Translations under genes and position numbers: made by a program
Shown here: piece by piece, positions 28,201 through 41,176 of the stretch
Position numbering within the stretch: the first letter of the stretch is position 1
How the letters are laid out: each line of letters begins with the position of its first letter
The notes under the pieces: model-generated
Told to the model about the DNA's origin: nothing
Database searches by the model: none
Seen by the model: the letters and a program-made list of their open reading frames with translations, nothing else
From: Eledone cirrhosa
Taxonomy: Eukaryota
Direction: 5' to 3'
Assembly: GCA_964016885.1 (NCBI GenBank)
Contig: OZ024742.1
Span: 367,660,001 to 367,724,000 of the forward strand
Length of the DNA stretch: 64,000 bases

Positions 28201-30459
28201 GGAAACCAGCTGGTTTTATCTGGTCCTGTGTCATTTGGTGATCACTAATGGTCGAATGTTCGATTGGGAAACTAGCTGGTTTTATCTGGTCCTGTATCAT
28301 TTGGTGATCACTCATGGTCGAATGTTCGATTGGGAAACCAGCTGGTTTTATCTGGTCCTGTATCATTTTGTGATCACTAATGGTCGAATGTTTGATTGGG
28401 AAACTAGCTGGTTTTATCTGGTCCTGTATCATTTGGTGATCCCTCATTGTCGAATGTTCGATTGGAAAACCAGCTGGTTTTATCTGGTCCTGTATCATTT
28501 GGTGATCACTCATGGACGAATGTTCGATTGGGAAACCAGCTGGTTTTATCTGGTCCTGTATCATTTGGTAATCACTCATGGTCGAATGTTCGATGGGGAA
28601 ACCAGCTGGTTTTATCTGGTACTGTATCATTTGGTGATCACTCATGGTCGAATGTTCGATTGGGAAACCAGCTGGTTTTATCTGGTCCTGTATCATTTGG
28701 TGATCACTCATGGTCGAATGTTCGATTGGGAAACCAGCTGGTTTTATCTGGTCCTGTATCATTTGGTAAGCACTATTGGTCGAACGTTCGATTGGAAAAC
28801 CAGCTGGTTTTATCTGGTTCTGTATCATTTGGTGATCACTCATTGTCGAATGTTCGATTGGGAAACCAGCTGGTTTTATCTGGTCCTGTATCATTTGGTG
28901 ATCACTCATGGTCGAATGTTCGATTGGGAAACCAGCTGTTTTTATCTGGTCCTGTATCATTTGGTGATCACTCAAGTTCGAATGTTCGATTGGGAAACCA
29001 GCTGGTTTTATCTGGTCCTGTATCATTTGGTGATCACTCATGGTCGAATGTTCGATTGGCAAACCAGCTGGTTTTATCTGGTCCTGTATCATTTGGTGAT
29101 CAAGAATGGACGAATGTTCGATTGGGAAACCAGCTAGTTTTATCTGCTCCTGTATCATTTGGTGATCACTCATGGTCGAATGTTCGATTGGGAAACCAGC
29201 TGGTTCTATCTGGTCCTGTATCATTTGGTGATCACTCATGGTCGAATGTTCGAATGGGAAACCAGCTGGTTTTATCTGGTCCAGTATCATTTGGTGATCA
29301 CTCATGGTCGAATGTTCGATTGGGAAACCAGCTGGTTTTATCGTTTTCTGTATCATTTGGTGATCACTAATGGTCGAATGTTCGATTGGGAAACCAGCTG
29401 GTTTTATCTGGTCCTGTATCATTTGGTGATCACTCATGGTCGAATGTTCGATTGGAAAACCAACTGGTTTTATCTGGTCCTGTATCATTTGGTGATAACT
29501 CATGGTCGAATGTTCGATTGGAAAACCAGCTGGTTTTATCTGGTCCTGTATCATTTGGTGATCAGTATTGGTCGAATGTTCGATTGGGAAACCAGCTGGT
29601 TTTATCTGGTCCTGAGTTATTTGGTGATAACTCATGGTCGAATGTTCGATTGGGAAACCAGCTGGTTTTATCTGGGCCTGTGTCATTTGGTGATCACTAA
29701 TGGTCGAATGTTCGATTGGGAAACAAGCTGGTTTTATCTGGTCCTGTATCATTTGGTGATCACTCATGGTCGAATGTTCGATTGGGAAACCAGCTGGTTC
29801 TATCTGGTCCTGTATCATTTGGTGATCACTAATGGTCGAATGTTCGATTGGGAAACCAGCTGGTTTTATCTGGTCCTGTATCATTTGGTGATCACTCATG
29901 GTCGAATGTTCGATTGGGAAACCAGCTGGTTTTATCTGGTCCTGTATCATTTGGTGATCACTATTGGTCGAATGTTCGATTGGGAAACAAGCTGGTTTTA
30001 TCTGGTCCTGTATCATTTGGTGATCACTCATGGTCGAATGTTCGGTTGGAAAACCAGCTGGTTTTATCTGGTCCTGTATCATTTGGTGATCACTCATGGT
30101 CGAATGTTCGATTGGGAAACCAGCTGGTTTTATCTGGTCCTGTATCATTTGGTGATCACTCATGGTCGAATGTTCGATTGGGAAACCAGCTGGTTTTATC
30201 TGGTCCTGTATCATTTGGTGATCACTCATGGTCGAATGTTCGATTGGAAAACCAGCTGGTTTTATCTGGTCCTGTATCATTTGGTGATCACTCATGGTCG
30301 AATGTTCGATTGGGAAACCAGCTGGTTTTATCTGGTCCTGTATCATTTGGTGATCAATCATGGTCGAATGTTCGATTGGGAAACCAGCTGGTTTTATCTG
30401 GTCCTGTATAATTTGGTGATCACTCATGGTCGAATGTTCGATTGGCATACTAGCTGGTT

Positions 30460-33400
30460 TTATCTGGTCCTGTATCATTTGGTGATCACTCATGGTCGAA
30501 TGTTCGATTGGAAAACCAGCTGGTTTTATCTGGTCCTGTATCATTTGGTGATCAAGAATGGACGAATGTTCGATTGGGAAACCAGCTGGTTTTATCTGGT
30601 CCTGTATCATTTGGTGATCACTCATGGTCGAATGTTCGATTGGGAAACCAGCTGGTTCTATCTGGTCCTGTATCATTTGGTGATCACTCATGGTCGAATG
30701 TTCGAATGGGAAACCAGCTGGTTTTATCTGGTCCTGTATCATTTGGTGATCACTCATGGTCGAATGTTCGATTGGGAAACCAGCTGGTTTTATCGTTTTC
30801 TGTATCATTTGGTGATCACTAATGGTCGAATGTTCGATTGGGAAACCAGCTGGTTTTATCTGGTCCTGTATCGTTTGGTGATCACTCATGGTCGAATGTT
30901 CGATTGGAAAACCAGCTGGTTTTATCTGGTCCTGTATCATTTGGTGATCGCTCATGGTCGAATGTTCGATTGGAAAACCAGCTGGTTTTATCTGGTCCTG
31001 TATCATTTGGTGATCAGTATTGGTCGAATGTTCGATTGGGAAACCAGCTGGTTTTATCTGGTCCTGAGTTATTTGGTGATCACTCATGGTCGAATGTTCG
31101 ATTGGGAAACCAGCTGGTTTTATCTGGTGCTGTATCATTTGGTGATCACTCATGGTCGAATGTTCGATTGGGAAACCAGCTGGTTTTATCTGGTCCTGTA
31201 TCATTTGGTGATCACTATTGGTCGAATGTTCGATTGGGAAACAAGCTGGTTTTATCTGGTCCTGTATCATTTGGTGATCACTCATGGTCGAATGTTCGGT
31301 TGGAAAACCAGCTGGTTTTATCTGGTCCTGTATCATTTGGTGATCACTCATGGTGGAATGTTCGATTGGGAAACCAGCTGGTTTTATCTGGTCCTGTATC
31401 ATTTGGTGATCACTCATGGTCGAATGTTCGATTGGGAAACCAGCTGGTTTTATCTGGTCCTGTATCATTTGGTGATCACTCATGGTCGAATGTTCGATTG
31501 GAAAACCAGCTGGTTTTATCTGGTCCTGTATCATTTGGTGATCACTCATGGTCGAATGTTCGATTGGGAAACCAGCTGGTTTTATCTGGTCCTGTATCAT
31601 TTGGTGATCACTCATTGATCGAATGTTCGATTGGGAAACCAGCTGGTTTTATCTGGTCCTGTATCATTTGGTGATCACTCATGGTCGAATGTTCGATTGG
31701 GAAACCAGCTGGTTCTATCTGGTCCTGTATCATTTGGTGATCACTAATGGTCGAATGTTCGATTGGGAAACCAGCTGGTTTTATCTGGTCCTGTATCATT
31801 TGGTGATCACTCATGGTCGAATGTTCGATTGGGAAACCAGCTGGTTTTATCTGGTCCTGTATCATTTGGTGATCACTATTGGTCGAATGTTCGATTGGGA
31901 AACAAGCTGGTTTTATCTGGTCCTGTATCATTTGGTGATCACTCATGGTCGAATGTTCGGTTGGAAAACCAGCTGGTTTTATCTGGTCCTGTATCATTTG
32001 GTGATCACTCATGGTCGAATGTTCGATTGTGAAACCAGCTGGTTTTATCTGGTCCTGTATCATTTGGTGATCACTCATGGTCGAATGTTCGATTGCGAAA
32101 CTAGCTGGTTTTATCTGGTCCTGTATCATTTTGTGATCACTCATGGTCGAATGTTCGATTGGGAAACCAGCTGGTTTTATCTGGTCCTGTGTCATTTGGT
32201 GATCACTAATGGTCGAATGTTCGATTGGGAAATCAGCTGGTTTTATCTGATCCTGTGTCATTTGGTGATCACTAATGGTCGAATGTTCGATTGGGAAACC
32301 AGCTCGTTTTATCTGGTCCTGTGTCATTTGGTGATCACTAATGGTCGAATGTTCGATTGGGAAACCAGCTGGTTTTATCTGGTCCTGTGTCATTTGGTGA
32401 TCACTAATAGTCGAATGTTCGATTGGGAAACTAGCTGGTTTTATCTGGTCCTGTATCATTTGGTGATCACTCATGGTCGAATGTTCGATTGGGAAACCAG
32501 CTGGTTTTATCTGGTCCTGTATCATTTTGTGATCACTAATGGTCGAATGTTTGATTGGGAAACTAGCTGGTTTTATCTGGTCCTGTATCATTTGGTGATC
32601 CCTCATGGTCGAATGTTCGATTGGAAAACCAGCTGGTTTTATCTGGTCCTGTATCATTTGGTGATCACTCATGGTCGAATGTTCGATTGGGAAACCAGCT
32701 GGTTTTATCTGGTCCTGTATCATTTGGTGATCACTCATGGTCGAATGTTCGATTGGGAAACCAGCTGGTTTTATCTGGTCCTGTATCATTTGGTGAGCAC
32801 TATTGGTCGAATGTTCGATTGGAAAACCAGCTGGTTTTATCTGGTCCTGTATCATTTGGTGATCACTCATGGTCGAATGTTCGATTGGGAAACCAGCTGG
32901 TTTTATCTGGTCCTGTATCATTTGGTGATCACTCAAGGTCGAATGTTCGATTGGGAAACCAGCTGGTTTTATCTGGTCCTGTATCATTTGGTGATCACTC
33001 ATGGTCGAATGTTCGATTGGAAACCAGCTGGTTTTATCTGGTCCTGTATCATTTGGTGATCAAGAATGGACGAATGTTCGATTGGGAAACCAGCTGGTTT
33101 TATCTGGTCCTGTATCATTTGGTGATCACTCATGGTCGAATGTTCGATTGGGAAACCAGCTAGTTCTATCTGGTCCTGTATCATTTGGTGATCACTCATG
33201 GTCGAATTTTCGAATGGGAAACCAGCTGGTTTTATCTGGTCCTGTATCATTTGGTGATCACTCATGGTCGAATGTTCGATTGGAAAACCAGCTGGTTTTA
33301 TCTGGTCCTGTATCATTTGGTGATCAAGAATGGACGAATGTTCGATTGGGAAACCAGCTGGTTTTATCTGGTCCTGTATCATTTGGTGATCACTCATGGT

Positions 33401-36010
33401 CGAATGTTCGATTGGGAAACCAGCTGGTTCTATCTGGTCCTGTATCATTTGGTGATCACTCATGGTCGAATGTTCGAATGGGAAACCAGCTGGTTTTATC
33501 TGGTCCTGTATCATTTGGTGATCACTCATGGTCGAATGTTCGATTGGGAAACCAGCTGGTTTTATCGTTTTCTGTATCATTTGGTGATCACTAATGGTCG
33601 AATGTTCGATTGGGAAACCAGCTGGTTTTATCTGGTCCTGTATCGTTTGGTGATCACTCATGGTTGAATGTTCGATTGGAAAACCAGCTGGTTTTATCTG
33701 GTCCTGTATCATTTGGTGATCGCTCATGGTCGAATGTTCGATTGGAAAACCAGCTGGTTTTATCTGGTCCTGTATCATTTGGTGATCAGTATTGGTCGAA
33801 TGTTCGATTGGGAAACCAGCTGGTTTTATCTGGTCCTGAGTTATTTGGTGATCACTCATGGTCGAATGTTCGATTGGGAAACCAGCTGGTTTTATCTGGT
33901 GCTGTATCATTTGGTGATCACTCATGGTCGAATGTTCGATTGGGAAACCAGCTGGTTTTATCTGGTCCTGTATCATTTGGTGATCACTATTGGTCGAATG
34001 TTCGATTGGGAAACAAGCTGGTTTTATCTGGTCCTGTATCATTTGGTGATCACTCATGGTCGAATGTTCGGTTGGAAAACCAGCTGGTTTTATCTGGTCC
34101 TGTATCATTTGGTGATCACTCATGGTGGAATGTTCGATTGGGAAACCAGCTGGTTTTATCTGGTCCTGTATCATTTGGTGATCACTCATGGTCGAATGTT
34201 CGATTGGGAAACCAGCTGGTTTTATCTGGTCCTGTATCATTTGGTGATCACTCATGGTCGAATGTTCGATTGGAAAACCAGCTGGTTTTATCTGGTCCTG
34301 TATCATTTGGTGATCACTCATGGTCGAATGTTCGATTGGGAAACCAGCTGGTTTTATCTGGTCCTGTATCATTTGGTGATCACTCATTGATCGAATGTTC
34401 GATTGGGAAACCAGCTGGTTTTATCTGGTCCTGTATCATTTGGTGATCACTCATGGTCGAATGTTCGATTGGGAAACCAGCTGGTTCTATCTGGTCCTGT
34501 ATCATTTGGTGATCACTAATGGTCGAATGTTCGATTGGGAAACCAGCTGGTTTTATCTGGTCCTGTATCATTTGGTGATCACTCATGGTCGAATGTTCGA
34601 TTGGGAAACCAGCTGGTTTTATCTGGTCCTGTATCATTTGGTGATCACTATTGGTCGAATGTTCGATTGGGAAACAAGCTGGTTTTATCTGGTCCTGTAT
34701 CATTTGGTGATCACTCATGGTCGAATGTTCGGTTGGAAAACCAGCTGGTTTTATCTGGTCCTGTATCATTTGGTGATCACTCATGGTCGAATGTTCGATT
34801 GTGAAACCAGCTGGTTTTATCTGGTCCTGTATCATTTGGTGATCACTCATGGTCGAATGTTCGATTGCGAAACTAGCTGGTTTTATCTGGTCCTGTATCA
34901 TTTTGTGATCACTCATGGTCGAATGTTCGATTGGGAAACCAGCTGGTTTTATCTGGTCCTGAGTCATTTGGTGATCACTAATGGTCGAATGTTCGATTGG
35001 GAAATCAGCTGGTTTTATCTGATCCTGTGTCATTTGGTGATCACTAATGGTCGAATGTTCGATTGGGAAACCAGCTCGTTTTATCTGGTCCTGTGTCATT
35101 TGGTGATCACTAATGGTCGAATGTTCGATTGGGAAACCAGCTGGTTTTATCTGGTCCTGTGTCATTTGGTGATCACTAATAGTCGAATGTTCGATTGGGA
35201 AACTAGCTGGTTTTATCTGGTCCTGTATCATTTGGTGATCACTCATGGTCGAATGTTCGATTGGGAAACCAGCTGGTTTTATCTGGTCCTGTATCATTTT
35301 GTGATCACTAATGGTCGAATGTTTGATTGGGAAACTAGCTGGTTTTATCTGGTCCTGTATCATTTGGTGATCCCTCATGGTCGAATGTTCGATTGGAAAA
35401 CCAGCTGGTTTTATCTGGTCCTGTATCATTTGGTGATCACTCATGGTCGAATGTTCGATTGGGAAACCAGCTGGTTTTATCTGGTCCTGTATCATTTGGT
35501 GATCACTCATGGTCGAATGTTCGATTGGGAAACCAGCTGGTTTTATCTGGTCCAGTATCATTTGGTGAGCACTATTGGTCGAATGTTCGATTGGAAAACC
35601 AGCTGGTTTTATCTGGTCCTGTATCATTTGGTGATCACTCATGGTCGAATGTTCGATTGGGAAACCAGCTGGTTTTATCTGGTCCTGTATCATTTGGTGA
35701 TCACTCAAGGTCGAATGTTCGATTGGGAAACCAGCTGGTTTTATCTGGTCCTGTATCATTTGGTGATCACTCATGGTCGAATGTTCGATTGGAAACCAGC
35801 TGGTTTTATCTGGTCCTGTATCATTTGGTGATCAAGAATGGACGAATGTTCGATTGGGAAACCAGCTGGTTTTATCTGGTCCTGTATCATTTGGTGATCA
35901 CTCATGGTCGAATGTTCGATTGGGAAACCAGCTAGTTCTTTCTGGTCCTGTATCATTTGGTGATCACTCATGGTCGAATTTTCGAATGGGAAACCAGCTG
36001 GTTTTATCTG
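30460..36010. repeat. 42-monomer (2772-bp) higher-order repeat x2
   Basis: ORFs 30838/33610, 31608/34380, 31623/34395, 32621/35393 and 32999/35771 are all offset by 2772. The copies share a unique 67-bp monomer (CACTCATTGATCGAAT) and the private variants GATTGTGAAA and CTGATCCT. Confidence 0.92.
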
Positions 36011-36249
36011 GTCCAGTATCATTTGGTGATCACTCATGGTCGAATGTTTGATTGGAAACCAGCTGGTTTTATCTGGTCCTGTATCATTTGGTGATCAAGA
36101 ATGGACGAATGTTCGATTGGGAAACTAGCTGGTTTTATCTGGTCCTGTATCATTTGGTGATCACTCATGGTCGAATGTTCGATTGGGAAACCAGCTGGTT
36201 CTATCTGGTCCTGTATCATTTGGTGATCACTCATGGTCGAATTTTCGAA

Positions 36250-39200
36250 TGGGAAACCAGCTGGTTTTATCTGGTCCAGTATCATTTGGTGATCACTCAT
36301 GGTCGAATGTTTGATTGGGAAATCAGCTGGTTTTATCTGGTCCTGTGTCATTTGGTGATCACTAATGGTCGAATGTTCGATTGGGAAACCAGCTCGTTTT
36401 ATCTGGTCCTGTGTCATTTGGTGATCACTAATGGTCGAATGTTCGATTGGGAAACTAGCTGGTTTTATCTGGTCCTGTATCATTTGGTGATCACTCATGG
36501 TCGAATGTTCTATTGGGAAACCAGCTGGTTTTATCTGGTCCTGTATCATTTTGTTATCACTAATGGTCGAATGTTTGATTGGGAAACTAGCTGGTTTTAT
36601 CTGGTCCTGTATCATTTGATGATCCCTCATGGTCGAATGTTCGATTGGAAAACCAGCTGGTTTTATCTGGTCCTGTATCATTTGGTGATCACTCATGGAC
36701 GAATGTTCGATTGGGAAACCAGCTGGTTTTATCTGGTCCTGTATCATTTGGTGATCACTCATGGTCGAATGTTCGATGGGGAAACCAGCTGGTTTTATCT
36801 GGTACTGTATCATTTGGTGATCACTCATGGTCGAATGTTCGATTGGGAAACCAGCTGGTTTTATCTGGTCCTGTATCATTTGGTGATCACTCATGGTCGA
36901 ATGTTCGATTGGGAAACCAGCTGGTTTTATCTGGTCCTGTATCATTTTGTGAGCACTATTGGTCGAATGTTCGATTGGAAAACCAGCTGGTTTTATCTGG
37001 TCCTGTATCATTTGGTGATCACTCATGGTCGAATGTTCGATTGGGAAACCAGCTGGTTTTATCTGGTCCTGTATCATTTGGTGATCACTCATGGTCGAAT
37101 GTTCGATTGGGAAACCAGCTGTTTTTATCTGGTCCTGTATCATTTGGTGATCACTCAAGGTCGAATGTTCGATTGGGAAACCAGCTGGTTTTATCTGGTC
37201 CTGTATCATTTGGTGATCACTCATGGTCGAATGTTCGATTGGCAAACCAGCTTGTTTTATCTGGTCCTGTATCATTTGGTGATCAAGAATGGACGAATGT
37301 TCGATTGGGAAACCAGCTAGTTTTATCTGCTCCTGTATCATTTGGTGATCACTAATGGTCGAATGTTCGATTGGGAAACTAGCTGGTTTTATCTGGTCCT
37401 GTATCATTTGGTGATCACTCATGGTCGAATGTTCGATTGGGAAACCAGCTGGTTCTATCTGGTCCTGTATCATTTTGTGATCACTAATGGTTGAATGTTT
37501 TATTTGGAAACTAGCTGGTTTTATCTGGTCCTGTATCATTTGGTGATCCCTCATGGTCGAATGTTCGATTGGAAAACCAGCTGGTTTTATCTGGTCCTGT
37601 ATCATTTGGTGATCACTCATGGACGAATGTTCGATTGGGAAACCAGCTGGTTTTATCTGGTCCTGTATCATTTGGTGATCACTCATGGTCGAATGTTCGA
37701 TGGGGAAACCAGCTGGTTTTATCTGGTACTGTATCATTGGGTGATCACTCATGGTCGAATGTTCGATTGGGAAACCAGCTGGTTTTATCTGGTCCTGTAT
37801 CATTTGGTGATCACTCATGGTCGAATGTTCGATTGGGAAACCAGCTGGTTTTATCTGGTCCTGTATCATTTGGTGAGTACTATTGGTCGAATGTTCGATT
37901 GGGAAACCAGCTGGTTTTATCTGGTCCAGTATCATTTGGTGATCACTCATGGTCGAATGTTTGATTGGGAAATCAGCTGGTTTTATCTGGTCCTGTGTCA
38001 TTTGGTGATCACTAATGGTCGAATGTTCGATTGGGAAACCAGCTCGTTTTATCTGGTCCTGTGTCATTTGGTGATCACTAATGGTCGAATGTTCGATTGG
38101 GAAACTAGCTGGTTTTATCTGGTCCTGTATCATTTGGTGATCACTCATGGTCGAATGTTCTATTGGGAAACCAGCTGGTTTTATCTGGTCCTGTATCATT
38201 TTGTTATCACTAATGGTCGAATGTTTGATTGGGAAACTAGCTGGTTTTATCTGGTCCTGTATCATTTGATGATCCCTCATGGTCGAATGTTCGATTGGAA
38301 AACCAGCTGGTTTTATCTGGTCCTGTATCATTTGGTGATCACTCATGGACGAATGTTCGATTGGGAAACCAGCTGGTTTTATCTGGTCCTGTATCATTTG
38401 GTGATCACTCATGGTCGAATGTTCGATGGGGAAACCAGCTGGTTTTATCTGGTACTGTATCATTTGGTGATCACTCATGGTCGAATGTTCGATTGGGAAA
38501 CCAGCTGGTTTTATCTGGTCCTGTATCATTTGGTGATCACTCATGGTCGAATGTTCGATTGGGAAACCAGCTGGTTTTATCTGGTCCTGTATCATTTTGT
38601 GAGCACTATTGGTCGAATGTTCGATTGGAAAACCAGCTGGTTTTATCTGGTCCTGTATCATTTGGTGATCACTCATGGTCGAATGTTCGATTGGGAAACC
38701 AGCTGGTTTTATCTGGTCCTGTATCATTTGGTGATCACTCATGGTCGAATGTTCGATTGGGAAACCAGCTGTTTTTATCTGGTCCTGTATCATTTGGTGA
38801 TCACTCAAGGTCGAATGTTCGATTGGGAAACCAGCTGGTTTTATCTGGTCCTGTATCATTTGGTGATCACTCATGGTCGAATGTTCGATTGGCAAACCAG
38901 CTTGTTTTATCTGGTCCTGTATCATTTGGTGATCAAGAATGGACGAATGTTCGATTGGGAAACCAGCTAGTTTTATCTGCTCCTGTATCATTTGGTGATC
39001 ACTAATGGTCGAATGTTCGATTGGGAAACTAGCTGGTTTTATCTGGTCCTGTATCATTTGGTGATCACTCATGGTCGAATGTTCGATTGGGAAACCAGCT
39101 GGTTCTATCTGGTCCTGTATCATTTTGTGATCACTAATGGTTGAATGTTTTATTTGGAAACTAGCTGGTTTTATCTGGTCCTGTATCATTTGGTGATCCC

Positions 39201-41176
39201 TCATGGTCGAATGTTCGATTGGAAAACCAGCTGGTTTTATCTGGTCCTGTATCATTTGGTGATCACTCATGGACGAATGTTCGATTGGGAAACCAGCTGG
39301 TTTTATCTGGTCCTGTATCATTTGGTGATCACTCATGGTCGAATGTTCGATGGGGAAACCAGCTGGTTTTATCTGGTACTGTATCATTGGGTGATCACTC
39401 ATGGTCGAATGTTCGATTGGGAAACCAGCTGGTTTTATCTGGTCCTGTATCATTTGGTGATCACTCATGGTCGAATGTTCGATTGGGAAACCAGCTGGTT
39501 TTATCTGGTCCTGTATCATTTGGTGAGTACTATTGGTCGAATGTTCGATTGGGAAACCAGCTGGTTTTATCTGGTCCAGTATCATTTGGTGATCACTCAT
39601 GGTCGAATGTTTGATTGGGAAATCAGCTGGTTTTATCTGGTCCTGTGTCATTTGGTGATCACTAATGGTCGAATGTTCGATTGGGAAACCAGCTCGTTTT
39701 ATCTGGTCCTGTGTCATTTGGTGATCACTAATGGTCGAATGTTCGATTGGGAAACTAGCTGGTTTTATCTGGTCCTGTATCATTTGGTGATCACTCATGG
39801 TCGAATGTTCTATTGGGAAACCAGCTGGTTTTATCTGGTCCTGTATCATTTTGTTATCACTAATGGTCGAATGTTTGATTGGGAAACTAGCTGGTTTTAT
39901 CTGGTCCTGTATCATTTGATGATCCCTCATGGTCGAATGTTCGATTGGAAAACCAGCTGGTTTTATCTGGTCCTGTATCATTTGGTGATCACTCATGGAC
40001 GAATGTTCGATTGGGAAACCAGCTGGTTTTATCTGGTCCTGTATCATTTGGTGATCACTCATGGTCGAATGTTCGATGGGGAAACCAGCTGGTTTTATCT
40101 GGTACTGTATCATTTGGTGATCACTCATGGTCGAATGTTCGATTGGGAAACCAGCTGGTTTTATCTGGTCCTGTATCATTTGGTGATCACTCATGGTCGA
40201 ATGTTCGATTGGGAAACCAGCTGGTTTTATCTGGTCCTGTATCATTTTGTGAGCACTATTGGTCGAATGTTCGATTGGAAAACCAGCTGGTTTTATCTGG
40301 TCCTGTATCATTTGGTGATCACTCATGGTCGAATGTTCGATTGGGAAACCAGCTGGTTTTATCTGGTCCTGTATCATTTGGTGATCACTCATGGTCGAAT
40401 GTTCGATTGGGAAACCAGCTGTTTTTATCTGGTCCTGTATCATTTGGTGATCACTCAAGGTCGAATGTTCGATTGGGAAACCAGCTGGTTTTATCTGGTC
40501 CTGTATCATTTGGTGATCACTCATGGTCGAATGTTCGATTGGCAAACCAGCTTGTTTTATCTGGTCCTGTATCATTTGGTGATCAAGAATGGACGAATGT
40601 TCGATTGGGAAACCAGCTAGTTTTATCTGCTCCTGTATCATTTGGTGATCACTAATGGTCGAATGTTCGATTGGGAAACTAGCTGGTTTTATCTGGTCCT
40701 GTATCATTTGGTGATCACTCATGGTCGAATGTTCGATTGGGAAACCAGCTGGTTCTATCTGGTCCTGTATCATTTTGTGATCACTAATGGTTGAATGTTT
40801 TATTTGGAAACTAGCTGGTTTTATCTGGTCCTGTATCATTTGGTGATCCCTCATGGTTGAATGTTCGATTGGAAAACCAGCTGGTTTTATCTGGTCCTGT
40901 ATCATTTGGTGATCACTCATGGACGAATGTTCGATTGGGAAACCAGCTGGTTTTATCTGGTCCTGTATCATTTGGTGATCACTCATGGTCGAATGTTCGA
41001 TGGGGAAACCAGCTGGTTTTATCTGGTACTGTATCATTGGGTGATCACTCATGGTCGAATGTTCGATTGGGAAACCAGCTGGTTTTATCTGGTCCTGTAT
41101 CATTTGGTGATCACTCATGGTCGAATGTTCGATTGGGAAACCAGCTGGTTTTATCTGGTCCTGTATCATTTGGTGA
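36250..41176. repeat. 25-monomer (1650-bp) higher-order repeat x3, near-identical copies
   Basis: Identical ORFs lie at 36645/38295/39945 and 37495/39145. Private variants CAGCTTGTTTT (37248/38898/40548), GGTTGAATGTTTTATTTGG (37489/39139/40789) and TCATTGGG (37734/39384/41034) recur at 1650 bp. Confidence 0.95.

Larger units (their letters stand above)
8000..29540. repeat. Long-range duplication: ~8.0-17.0 kb repeated at ~20.6-29.5 kb (offset 12.5-12.7 kb)
   Basis: Private variants are shared at offset 12669 (TATCCGGT 12051/24720) and 12537 (GTTTTAGCTG 14621/27158; ATCACTTAT 15111/27648; CCCTCATTGT 15904/28441; CGAACGTTCG 16244/28781). ORF pairs 9232/21901, 14445/26982 and 15910/28447 agree. 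Confidence 0.85.
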
